Positions 10,146-18,517 of a stretch of DNA of 64,000 bases are shown one piece after another (within the stretch, counting starts at the first letter, position 1; each line of letters opens with the position of its first letter). The notes below the pieces were generated by a model, which saw only the letters and a list, made by a program, of their open reading frames with translations, did not search any database and had not been told where the DNA came from. The stretch comes from Thermoanaerobaculia bacterium (GTDB lineage Bacteria; Acidobacteriota; Thermoanaerobaculia; UBA5066; Gp7-AA6), in assembly GCA_038203955.1 (NCBI GenBank), contig JBBRDK010000006.1, forward strand, positions 946 through 64,945. Direction: 5' to 3'. Both the position numbers and the translations under genes were made by a program.

Positions 10146-11089
10146 GCGCCGCGGGCTGGCCTGCGGAGCGCGACGGCGGACGACCCGCTTCGGATCGGGA
10201 GGAGCGGCGGAAGCGGCTTCGCGCGGCGCTCGCGCTGACCGCGGGAGTCCTCGCCATCGAGATCGCGGGCGGGATCGTCTCCGGCAGTCTCGCCCTTCTC
10301 GCGGACGCCGCGCACATGTTCGCCGACATCGCGGCGCTGATCCTCGCCTATGCGGCGATCACCGTCGCCGGCCGCGCCCCGACCCGGCGCCACAGCTTCG
10401 GGCTCTATCGGGCCGAGATCCTGGCCGCGTTCGTCAACGCCGAGATCCTGCTTCTCATGGCTCTCGGAATCCTGGTCGAGTCGGTCATGCGCTTCTCCTC
10501 TCCGGTCCCGGTGCGGACGGGCGTGATGCTCTGGGTGTCTCTGGTCGCGCTCGCCGCCAACCTGATCGCGATGCGACTGCTGTCGCACGACCACTCGGGG
10601 GAGCACGGCGCGGGGCACAACCTGAACATGCACGCGGCGTATCTGGAGGTCTTCACGGACATGCTCGGGTCCGCGGCCGTGCTGGCGGCGGCGATCGCGA
10701 TCCCGCGGACAGGATGGCTCTGGCTCGATCCGGCCGTCTCCGCGGCGGTGGCCCTCTTCATCCTTCCGAGGGCCGCCTCTCTTCTCAGGCAGTCGGCGCA
10801 CATCCTTCTCGAGGGCTCGCCCGGCGGGGTCGATCCCACCGCCGTGCGGGAGGCGGTCCTGCGCGTGCCGGGCGTCGAAGCTTGCCACGACCTGCATCTC
10901 TGGACACTGACGTCCGGCGTGCACTCCGCGAGCGTTCACATCCGCGCCGCTTCCGACACGCCGCGAGGGGACCTTCTGGTGGCCGTCCAGCAGGTGTTGA
11001 AGGACGCGGCGGGCGTGGACCATGCCACCATCCAGGTCGAGTGGGGAGTCGAGATGACGTGCCATGCGTCCAACCGCGGGCACGCCTGA
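10142..11089 (+). CDS. cation diffusion facilitator (CDF) family divalent-metal efflux transporter
   Basis: SGSLALLADAAHMFADIAALILAY..YRAEILAAFVNA..HAAYLEVFTDMLGS are CDF signatures. ATG at 10142 overlaps the upstream TGA (ATGA). Confidence 0.9.
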   Translation: MSAAGWPAERDGGRPASDREERRKRLRAALALTAGVLAIEIAGGIVSGSLALLADAAHMFADIAALILAYAAITVAGRAPTRRHSFGLYRAEILAAFVNAEILLLMALGILVESVMRFSSPVPVRTGVMLWVSLVALAANLIAMRLLSHDHSGEHGAGHNLNMHAAYLEVFTDMLGSAAVLAAAIAIPRTGWLWLDPAVSAAVALFILPRAASLLRQSAHILLEGSPGGVDPTAVREAVLRVPGVEACHDLHLWTLTSGVHSASVHIRAASDTPRGDLLVAVQQVLKDAAGVDHATIQVEWGVEMTCHASNRGHA

Positions 11090-11110
11090 GGGCGGCGAAA
11101 AGGAGACGGC

Positions 11111-11623
11111 ATGCGGTTTTTTTCCGGAATCCTCTTCGGATTTTTTCTGGTCGGCCTGATCATCGCGGCGGTCGTCGCGACGGGGGGCTACAACGTCGCG
11201 GCGACGGCGAGCCCGTCCCGCATCGAAACGCGCGTCGCGCAGTTCGCGCTGAACCGCTCGGTGTCGCGCCGCGCGCCGGCGGCGAAGAACCCCCTTCCGG
11301 CCACCCGGGAGACGTGGGCGGCGGGGCTCGAGCACTACAGGGAAAACTGCGTGGTGTGCCACGCGGCCCCCGGTGTCGATCCCTCCGAGCTATCCATGGG
11401 CCTGAACCCGCCCGCTCCGGATCTCACGCTGCCGCGCGTGCAGGCCCGGACCGACGGGGAGCTGTTCTGGCTCGTCTCCAACGGAATCCGGACGACCGGG
11501 ATGCCGGCGTTCTCACCGACCCACAAGCAGGATCAGATCTGGCAGATGGTCTCGCTCCTTCGCCATCTGCCGGAGCTGACCGCGGAAGAGCAGAAGGCGT
11601 TGAAGGGGAAAGGAAATGAGTAG
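11111..11623 (+). CDS. membrane-anchored class I c-type cytochrome
   Basis: N-terminal TM helix (FFSGILFGFFLVGLIIAAVVA), haem-binding CVVCH, and a distal GMPAF Met-ligand region. Confidence 0.8.
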   Translation: MRFFSGILFGFFLVGLIIAAVVATGGYNVAATASPSRIETRVAQFALNRSVSRRAPAAKNPLPATRETWAAGLEHYRENCVVCHAAPGVDPSELSMGLNPPAPDLTLPRVQARTDGELFWLVSNGIRTTGMPAFSPTHKQDQIWQMVSLLRHLPELTAEEQKALKGKGNE

Positions 11624-11696
11624 TCAGTTTTCAGTTTTCAGTGCTCGGTTCTCAGTTTCAGTTCGACTGACAACTGACGACTGATAACTGATAACT
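11624..11696. repeat. heptamer-periodic imperfect inverted repeat (CAGTnnn)n ... (ACTGAnA)4, locus 1
   Basis: It fills the whole gap between convergent stop codons (TAG 11621-23 and the minus-strand stop at 11697-99). Left arm cagttttcagttttcagtgctcggttctcagtttcagt; right arm actgacaactgacgactgataactgataac. It is much AT-richer than the flanks. Confidence 0.85.
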
Positions 11697-12461
11697 CTAA
11701 AGCACCGCCTTTTTCCGGAACTGACGGATCCCGAGGGAGACGAAGAGGGCGTTGAAGAGAAGGAGCCCCCCAGCCACCGTGGCGAACGGCAGGTGCGGGA
11801 ACTGCGGGACGAGAGCGGAGCGCAGGCCTTCACTCGAGTAGACCATCGGGTTGATCAGGACCGCCTTCTGCAGGATCGGAAATTTCGCGAGCGCGCTCCA
11901 CGGGTAGTAGGTACAGCCGAAGAAGATCATCGGGGCGAGAACGAGGCTGAACATGAGACCGATCTGGGTCTGTCCGACGGAGCACCCGAGCGTCAACCCG
12001 ATCGCCGAGGAGAGCAGCGCGACGGCGCAGCAGAGAGCGGCGAAGAGGAACGGGTGCGGCAGTGTCAGCGCGAGTCCCCGGCCCATGATCAGCCAGGCCG
12101 CCGGCACGACGACGAGACCGGCGATCAGCGCCTGGATCATCCCCGCGAGAATCTTCTCCACGGCGACCCATTCGATCTCGATCGGCGCGAGAAGGCGGTC
12201 CTCGATCTCCTTCGTGAACTGAAATTCGGAGATGACCGGCATGGCGACGGCCTGGATCCCGGCGAGCATCATCGACAGCGCGATGATGCCGGGAAGGAGG
12301 AGACTCTTGTACTCGAGAGGCATGTATCCGCTCGTGGTCAGCACGCGGCCGAAGACGAAGACGAGCAGCATCGGCTGCAGCAGAGTCTGAAGGAGCAGGG
12401 GCACGAAGTTTCGCCGCGCGACGTGGGCGTCCCGCGAGAGGAGCGCGAAGAACGTGCTCAT
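11697..12461 (-). CDS. ABC-2 type transporter permease
   Basis: Six-TM-like protein whose N-terminus MSTFFALLSRDAHVARRNFVPLLLQTLLQPMLLVFVFG is typical of ABC-2 permeases. ATG overlaps the ATPase stop (ATGA at 12458-12461). Confidence 0.85.
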   Translation of the reverse strand: MSTFFALLSRDAHVARRNFVPLLLQTLLQPMLLVFVFGRVLTTSGYMPLEYKSLLLPGIIALSMMLAGIQAVAMPVISEFQFTKEIEDRLLAPIEIEWVAVEKILAGMIQALIAGLVVVPAAWLIMGRGLALTLPHPFLFAALCCAVALLSSAIGLTLGCSVGQTQIGLMFSLVLAPMIFFGCTYYPWSALAKFPILQKAVLINPMVYSSEGLRSALVPQFPHLPFATVAGGLLLFNALFVSLGIRQFRKKAVL

Positions 12462-13486
12462 TCCCGGAGGCTCCGTCCGGTGTGGTGGAGAAAGAGGTTT
12501 TCGAGCGACGGCTCGGAGATATGCACGTCCGAGACGCTGGCGCCTGCGGCCAGAACGCGGTTCAAGAGCTCCGGCACGAGCGGTCCTCCCCGGTCGGCGT
12601 AGACGTCCGCCCCGGCGGGGCCGACGGGGCGTACTTCGGTGACCCCCGGCGTCCGCGCGAGCGCCTCCAGGAGCTCCGGCGAGCGCGGAGTGAGCTGGAG
12701 CCGGATCAGGTGGCCGCCCGGGATCGTCGCCTTCAGGGCTTCCGGGTCGCCGAGCGCAATGACGCGGCCGTGATCCACGATCGCGACCCGGCCGCAGAGA
12801 TCGTCCGCCTCTTCCATGTTGTGGGTCGTCAAGACGATGGTCCGGCCGCGCGCCCCGTACTCGCGCACGATCTCCCAGAGCAGCAGGCGGGTCTGCGGGT
12901 CGAGTCCGGACGACGGCTCATCCAAGAACAGCACGTCCGGCTCGTGCATCATCGCCCGCGCGATCGACAGCCGCTGCATCATGCCGCCCGAGAATCCCAC
13001 GACGAGCTGATCGGCGCGGTCGGTCAGCTGGAACCGTTCGAGGAGCGCCCGAGCGCGCGTCTGCCGCTCGGCAGGGGGAATGCCGAAGTAGGCGCCGTGA
13101 AAAACGAGGATCTCGCGCGCGGTCAGCGCGAAGTCGAGGTTCGGACGCTGCGGCACGACGCCGATCCGGCGCTTGACGGAGACGCGCCTCTTCCACACTT
13201 CCTCCTCCCCGATCCAGGCGCGGCCGCCGGTCGGTCGGACCCGCGTCGTCAGGATGCCCACCGTGGTCGACTTCCCGGCGCCGTTCGGCCCGAGAAGGCC
13301 GAAGATCTCTCCGGGCGCGATCTCGAGGGTCAGGCCGTCGAGCGCCACGACCTCGACCTTCTGTCTCCTCGCAGAGGGCGCGCGCCACGCGAACGGCGTC
13401 CCGACGATCCCGCGTCCCGGCGTGGCCGACGGCGGGGCGGAGGTGTACACCTTCCGAAGGCTGTCCGTCCGGATTCCGAGCGCCAT
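12458..13486 (-). CDS. ABC transporter ATP-binding protein (DrrA/NatA-like exporter ATPase)
   Basis: Walker A GPNGAGKST, signature FSGGMMQRL, Walker B VLFLDEPSSGLD, H-loop TTHNM. It carries an unusual ~25-aa insertion between the first beta strands (SAPPSATPGRGIVGTPFAWRAPSARRQ). Confidence 0.9.
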   Translation of the reverse strand: MALGIRTDSLRKVYTSAPPSATPGRGIVGTPFAWRAPSARRQKVEVVALDGLTLEIAPGEIFGLLGPNGAGKSTTVGILTTRVRPTGGRAWIGEEEVWKRRVSVKRRIGVVPQRPNLDFALTAREILVFHGAYFGIPPAERQTRARALLERFQLTDRADQLVVGFSGGMMQRLSIARAMMHEPDVLFLDEPSSGLDPQTRLLLWEIVREYGARGRTIVLTTHNMEEADDLCGRVAIVDHGRVIALGDPEALKATIPGGHLIRLQLTPRSPELLEALARTPGVTEVRPVGPAGADVYADRGGPLVPELLNRVLAAGASVSDVHISEPSLENLFLHHTGRSLRE

Positions 13487-13490
13487 GAAC

Positions 13491-14861
13491 TTAAAGAAGG
13501 GGCGCCATCAGCTCGGCGGCCGGGCGCTGCGCGAGGTCCGCGGACGGGATTGCCAGCGCGCTCTTGACGACGTCCCCGACCGATATCCCGCCGCGGTAGC
13601 TCCCGAGGAACGCCAGTCCGGGCCACCTCGACTCCGCGCGAGCCAGCACCGACATCCGATGTCCGTGCCCGATCTCGTACTGCGGGATCGCGCGCGGCCA
13701 GCGGGTGAGCGCCACCAACCGGGGGCCGGACGCGGCGCCCACGCTCTCCCGGACTTCGCGGCCGGCGATCCGCGCCAGCTCCTGCTCCGGGAGATCCGCC
13801 GCGCCGGGATCCCGCGCGCCGCCCGCAAACGCAGTCACAAGAAGCTCCCCCTCCGGCGCGCGTCCCGAAAACAGGCTCGAGCTCCACACCGCGCCGAGCA
13901 CGCGCCGCCCCGGCGCCGGGACGACGAGGTGCCCGAAGCCGCGAAGCCCGCCGGGAAGCGCGGAAGCAGGCCAGGAGAAGTGGAGAACCGCGACCGGAGG
14001 CGACGGAATGGACGAGAGAGCGACGAACGCCTCGGCGTCGAACTCGCGAACGAATCGCGCGGCGTCGCCGGCCGCCGACGCGATCACCACCCGGTCGGCG
14101 TCGAAGGCGCCGCGGGAGGTGCGCACCACCCAGCCGCCATTCCCGGGCGAGATGGACTCCACCGCCGTTCCCGTCTCCAGCCGGGGCCCGAGCGCCGCGC
14201 CGAGGGCGCGAGGGAGTGTCTCGAGACCGTTTCGGAAAGAGAGCAGTCCCCGGACGCGGGGAACGGAACGGTCGCGCTTTCGCATCGCACCGATCGCCGT
14301 CGCGAACAGGCTGCCGCGGAGCCGCTCCCCGCGCGCCAACGCCGGAAACGCGTCGGCGGCCGAAAGGCGGCCCGCGTCGCCGGCGAAGATGCCCGACACG
14401 AAGGGGGCGATGACGCGGTCAGCGACTTCCGATCCGAGCCGCCGCGAGAAGAAGGCGCGGACCGTCTCCGGAGGCGCGGAGAGAGACGCCCGCCGGACGA
14501 ACGGCTCTCCGGCGAGCCGCAACTTGCCGCGCCGGGAAAGGAGGGGCGTGCGCGCCAGGGAGAGCGGGGAGGAGGGCACTTCATGAAGCGCGCCGTTCCA
14601 GTCGATGTAACGGGGAAGGCGAGAGTCGGAAAGGAGCACTTCGGACTCGAGGCCCAGGTCGCGCACGAGGCGGAGAAGCTCGGGCGTCGGGCGCACGGTG
14701 TTGGGACCCATCTCGAGAAGGAACCCCTCGCGGCGCTCCGTGCGGATCACGCCGCCCGGCCGGTCCGACCGCTCGAGAACGCGGACGTCTTCTCCGTTCG
14801 CGGTGAGAGAGCGCGCGCAGACGAGACCCGCGAGGCCGGCGCCGATGACGATCGTCGTCAC
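13491..14861 (-). CDS. hemY: protoporphyrinogen/coproporphyrinogen oxidase (HemY-type, FAD)
   Basis: VTTIVIGAGLAGLVCARSL..VRVLERSDRPGGVIRT is a dinucleotide-binding fold, and HemY-like sequence continues throughout. The start is re-set to the GTG at 14861..14859, overlapping the hemH stop (GTGA). The track ORF (to 15125) is over-extended. Confidence 0.85.
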   Translation of the reverse strand: MTTIVIGAGLAGLVCARSLTANGEDVRVLERSDRPGGVIRTERREGFLLEMGPNTVRPTPELLRLVRDLGLESEVLLSDSRLPRYIDWNGALHEVPSSPLSLARTPLLSRRGKLRLAGEPFVRRASLSAPPETVRAFFSRRLGSEVADRVIAPFVSGIFAGDAGRLSAADAFPALARGERLRGSLFATAIGAMRKRDRSVPRVRGLLSFRNGLETLPRALGAALGPRLETGTAVESISPGNGGWVVRTSRGAFDADRVVIASAAGDAARFVREFDAEAFVALSSIPSPPVAVLHFSWPASALPGGLRGFGHLVVPAPGRRVLGAVWSSSLFSGRAPEGELLVTAFAGGARDPGAADLPEQELARIAGREVRESVGAASGPRLVALTRWPRAIPQYEIGHGHRMSVLARAESRWPGLAFLGSYRGGISVGDVVKSALAIPSADLAQRPAAELMAPLL

Positions 14862-15853
14862 GCCGCGGGCGCGTCCGACCAGAAGCCCGGCGATGACAGC
14901 ACGATGTCCTCCAGCGCCGCGAGAAACGTCGGATCGTCGTTCAACCCGGGCGTCCGCCGGAAGTGGGCGATGCCCGCCGCACGCGCCGCGTCGCCGAAGA
15001 GCTGGTCCACCTCGTAGAGGGTCTCGACGTGGTCGGTCACGAAGGCGATCGGGATGACGAGGACCTGAGCCGTTCCCGCGGAGCCGAGCTCGCGGAGCAC
15101 GTCCAGGGTCTGCGGGCCGAGCCACTCGACGGGTCCGAGCTTCGACTGGTACGCGAGCGTCCGGGGAGATCGGCCCCCGAGGCGGAGCGCGATCGCGTCG
15201 ACCGAGGCCTCCACCTCTCTCTGGTAGGGGTCGCCCTCGCGGGTCACGAGCTTCTTCGGAATCGAGTGCGCCGAAAAGAGCAGATGGACGGCCTCCGGCC
15301 GCGGGTCCGGAAATTTAGCGATCTCGGCGGCGATCAGGTCGGCGTGGGCCTGGACGAAGAGAGGATGGGTCGGCCACGAGCACATCTCGAAGAGCGTGGC
15401 CCCGGCCGTGAGCCGCCCGACCGCATCCCGCGAACGCGCCAGCGCTCCCTTCGTCGTCGTCAGCGAGTACTGCGGGTAGAGGGGAACGGCCAGGAAGCGG
15501 TCCACTCCGGACCGCGACAGCTCGCGCACGACGTCTTCGACGAGCGGCGCGGAACAGGTCATGGCCGTCCGCACCGGCACCGCCCGGCCGCGCGCCGCGA
15601 GCCGCCGCTCGACCCCGGCGGCCTGCTGATCGGTCAGCCGCCGGATGGGAGACCCGCCGCCGATCGACCGGTAGAGCTCGCGCGAGGCCTTCTTGCGGCC
15701 GAGGGCGATCGACGCGGCGATCGCCTTGCGCAGGAGGGCCGGCCGCACGCGGATCACGTCCGGGTCGGAGAACAGCCGGTAGAGAAACGCGGGGACGTCG
15801 TCTAGCGTCTCGGGCCCGCCGAGCTGGAGAAAGAGGATCGCGCGGGAAGTCAT
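14858..15853 (-). CDS. hemH: ferrochelatase
   Basis: MTSRAILFLQLGGPETLDDVPAFLYRLFSDPDVI.., ..LYPQYS.., ..FSAHSIP.. and ..IPIAFVTDHVETLYE are ferrochelatase signatures. Confidence 0.9.
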   Translation of the reverse strand: MTSRAILFLQLGGPETLDDVPAFLYRLFSDPDVIRVRPALLRKAIAASIALGRKKASRELYRSIGGGSPIRRLTDQQAAGVERRLAARGRAVPVRTAMTCSAPLVEDVVRELSRSGVDRFLAVPLYPQYSLTTTKGALARSRDAVGRLTAGATLFEMCSWPTHPLFVQAHADLIAAEIAKFPDPRPEAVHLLFSAHSIPKKLVTREGDPYQREVEASVDAIALRLGGRSPRTLAYQSKLGPVEWLGPQTLDVLRELGSAGTAQVLVIPIAFVTDHVETLYEVDQLFGDAARAAGIAHFRRTPGLNDDPTFLAALEDIVLSSPGFWSDAPAA

Positions 15854-15858
15854 TGGAT

Positions 15859-15945
15859 AGTCGTCAGTCGTCAGTTGTCAGTTGGGACGCGGTGACGGAA
15901 CGATGCGTTGGCTCGACTGAAAACTGAAAACTGAGAACTGAAAAC
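15859..15945. repeat. heptamer-periodic inverted repeat, locus 2
   Basis: Left arm agtcgtcagtcgtcagttgtcagtt, a 31-nt spacer, then right arm gactgaaaactgaaaactgagaactgaaaac. It lies between the hemH start (15853) and the hemN stop (15959). Confidence 0.85.
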
Positions 15946-15958
15946 GGCGCCCGCCGGC

Positions 15959-17353
15959 TCACAGCGTCCTCGAGAACACGGGTTTGTCGGCGGGCGCCGT
16001 CAAGTACGCGTCGAAGGGCATCGCCAGGTTTCGGAGGAAGACGCGGCCGACGGGGGTCGCGCGGATCTCGCCTGAGAGAAGCTCGACCAGTCCGTCGTCG
16101 GCGCACGGACGCAGGCGTTCGAGCGCGTCCGCGAAGGTGTCGTCGAAGCGGATTCCGTGATCCCGCTCGATCTCCGCCTTGACGATCACGCCGTGGCAGA
16201 GGAGGCTCTGGATCACGCTCTTTCGCAGCCGGTCGTCTGCCGTCAGTCGGACGCCGCGGAAAGTCGCGGCGCCTTCGCGCTCGACCGCCGCGCGATACGG
16301 CGCGAGGTCGCGCGCATTCTGGACGTAGCCGTCGCCGACCTCTCCGATGGCGCTCATGCCGAGTCCGATGAGGTCCGTGCCCGCCTTGGTCGTGTACCCC
16401 TGGAAGTTGCGGTGCAGGGTGCGGTTCCGGCGCGCGCGGGCGAGCTCGTCGTCGGGCCGCGCGAAATGGTCCATGCCGATGTACTCGAAGCCCGCCGACT
16501 GGAAGCGCTCGAGGGCGGTCTGGAAGATCCCGAATTTCTCCGCTTCTCCCGGAAGGTGCGGCTCCAGGATCCGCTGATGCTTCTTCATCCACGGGACGTT
16601 TGCGTACGAATACACGGCGAGGCGGTCGGGACCGATCTCGAGCACGCGGTCGATCGTCGCGCCGAAGCTTTCCGGCGTCTGGCAGGGGAGTCCGTAGATC
16701 AGGTCCATGTTGACGCTCGGGAATCCCAGGCGGCGCGCCTCCTCGACCAGCCGGCGCGTGTCGTCGTACGGCTGAATCCGGTTGATCGCCGCCTGAACGC
16801 GCGGATCGAAGTCCTGGACTCCCATCGAGAGGCGGTTGAACCCGGCGCGCGCGAGCGCCGCGAGATGCTCCGGCGTCGTGACCCGGGGGTCCACCTCCAC
16901 GCCGAGCTCGGCGTCGGAGGAAAAGACGAAACGCTCACGCAGCCTGGCGAGAAGCGCCTCGAGCCGGTCGGGCGCGAAATAGGTCGGGGTCCCGCCGCCC
17001 AGGTGCAGCTGGACGACCGGCCGGTGATGTCCTGCCCGCGACGCCACCCATTCGATCTCGCGCTCGAGGGTGGCGAGATACGGGTCCTCCAGACGGTGCT
17101 CCGTCCCTGTGATGACGACCGTGCAGCCGCAGAAATAGCAGAGCTTTTCGCAGAACGGCAGATGGAGATAGAGCGAGAGCGGCCTCGGCTGATCATCGCC
17201 GGCGCTCTCCCGGAGGAGCGATTCGTACTCGCGCGGCCCGACGCCCTCCTTCCACACCGGCGCCGTCGGGTAGGACGTATACCGCGGCCCCGGAACGTTG
17301 TATCGCCGGAGCAGGTCGAGCGACAGGAGGCCGATCGCCGGGCCGCGATCCAT
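15959..17353 (-). CDS. hemN: oxygen-independent coproporphyrinogen III oxidase (radical SAM, true HemN type)
   Basis: YNVPGPRYTSYPTAP N-terminal motif and CxxxCxxCxC (FCEKLCYFCGC). The start is re-set to ATG 17353..17351 (MDRGPAIGLL); the track ORF to 17851 is over-extended. Confidence 0.9.
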   Translation of the reverse strand: MDRGPAIGLLSLDLLRRYNVPGPRYTSYPTAPVWKEGVGPREYESLLRESAGDDQPRPLSLYLHLPFCEKLCYFCGCTVVITGTEHRLEDPYLATLEREIEWVASRAGHHRPVVQLHLGGGTPTYFAPDRLEALLARLRERFVFSSDAELGVEVDPRVTTPEHLAALARAGFNRLSMGVQDFDPRVQAAINRIQPYDDTRRLVEEARRLGFPSVNMDLIYGLPCQTPESFGATIDRVLEIGPDRLAVYSYANVPWMKKHQRILEPHLPGEAEKFGIFQTALERFQSAGFEYIGMDHFARPDDELARARRNRTLHRNFQGYTTKAGTDLIGLGMSAIGEVGDGYVQNARDLAPYRAAVEREGAATFRGVRLTADDRLRKSVIQSLLCHGVIVKAEIERDHGIRFDDTFADALERLRPCADDGLVELLSGEIRATPVGRVFLRNLAMPFDAYLTAPADKPVFSRTL

Positions 17354-17388
17354 CCCCGCGTCGCGGGCCCTCCCCGCGTCGCGGTCCG

Positions 17389-18465
17389 TCACCGGCGCAC
17401 CTCCGCCGGCATCGAGAGCGGCTCCTGGACCGCGGAGAAGAACGCCTCCACGCACTCGATCCGGGAAGACGGCAGGACGCCGTGGCCGAGATTCACGATG
17501 TGCGCGCGCCCGCCCGTGGTCCGGACGATGTCCCGTGTTCGGCGATCGACCTCGCCGGGGTCTCCCAGGAGGCCGCCCGGATCGAGGTTGCCCTGGAGCG
17601 CGAGGCCGGGGACGCGGCGCCGCGCCTCGCCGATCGGGACCCTCCAGTCGATCGACAGAACGTCCGCGCCCGAGCGCGCCATGTCCTCGAGCAGATGGCC
17701 GCAGCCGTTCACATAGAGAACGACCGGCGCACCCCGACGCTCGATGCGGGAGATCGCCCGCGCGACGGCGGGCAGCGCCCACGCCCGGTAGTCCTCCACC
17801 GTGAGCTCGCCCGCCCAGGTGTCGAAGAGCTGCACGGCCTGCGCCCCGCACGCGATCTGGAAGGAGAGGACGTCTCCGACGACGTCCGCGAGCAGATCGA
17901 GGAGCCGGCCGAGCGTCTCGCGGTCGCGCCCCATCATTTCCTTGATCGCCGCGAAGGACTTCGACCCTCCCCCTTCGACGAGGTACGAGGCGAGCGTCCA
18001 GGGAGCGCCGCAGAAGCCGAGCACCGCGGCCTGGTCTCCGACGGCGGAGCGCAGCGACGCCAGGATCTTTCCCGTAAACCCGATCTCCGATTCGGGGTCG
18101 AACCGCCGCAACCTTCGGACGTCGGCGCTCGAGCGAATGGGTTCCGGAAGATGGGGTCCGCCCTCGGTGAACTCGACCTGCGCCCCCATCGCGGCGACGG
18201 GAACGAGGATGTCAGAAAAGAAGATCACGCCGTCAGGGTGAAACCGGCGAAAGGGCTGGAGCGACACTTCCGTCGCCAGCTCCGCGTTGCGGCAGAGGTC
18301 CCAGAACGAGACGGTGCGCCGGACCTCCCGGTACTCGGGAAGGTAGCGGCCGGCCTGGCGCATCATCCAGACGGGGGGGCGGTCGACCGGCCGGGCGAAA
18401 CAGGCGTCTACGAGCCGCCGTCCGGAAGACGGTGTCGGCCGTCCGGATGACGGTGGTGCTGGCAT
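17389..18465 (-). CDS. hemE: uroporphyrinogen decarboxylase
   Basis: RPPVWMMRQAGRYLPEYREV and ..GVIFFSDILVP.. are HemE signatures. The start is re-set to ATG 18465..18463. Confidence 0.9.
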   Translation of the reverse strand: MPAPPSSGRPTPSSGRRLVDACFARPVDRPPVWMMRQAGRYLPEYREVRRTVSFWDLCRNAELATEVSLQPFRRFHPDGVIFFSDILVPVAAMGAQVEFTEGGPHLPEPIRSSADVRRLRRFDPESEIGFTGKILASLRSAVGDQAAVLGFCGAPWTLASYLVEGGGSKSFAAIKEMMGRDRETLGRLLDLLADVVGDVLSFQIACGAQAVQLFDTWAGELTVEDYRAWALPAVARAISRIERRGAPVVLYVNGCGHLLEDMARSGADVLSIDWRVPIGEARRRVPGLALQGNLDPGGLLGDPGEVDRRTRDIVRTTGGRAHIVNLGHGVLPSSRIECVEAFFSAVQEPLSMPAEVRR

Positions 18466-18517
18466 CAAAGACGAAATTCTATCGCCTCGGGCCGGAGGGC
18501 CGCCCGATGTCCAGGAG

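Noticed and set aside
11624-11696. Whether the short-period repeats (here, and at 15859, 24576, 28805, 34267 and 63376) could be CRISPR arrays
   Set aside because: The repeat units are 7 nt or 58 nt with no unique spacers of CRISPR size. The arrays are tiny and no cas genes are present.
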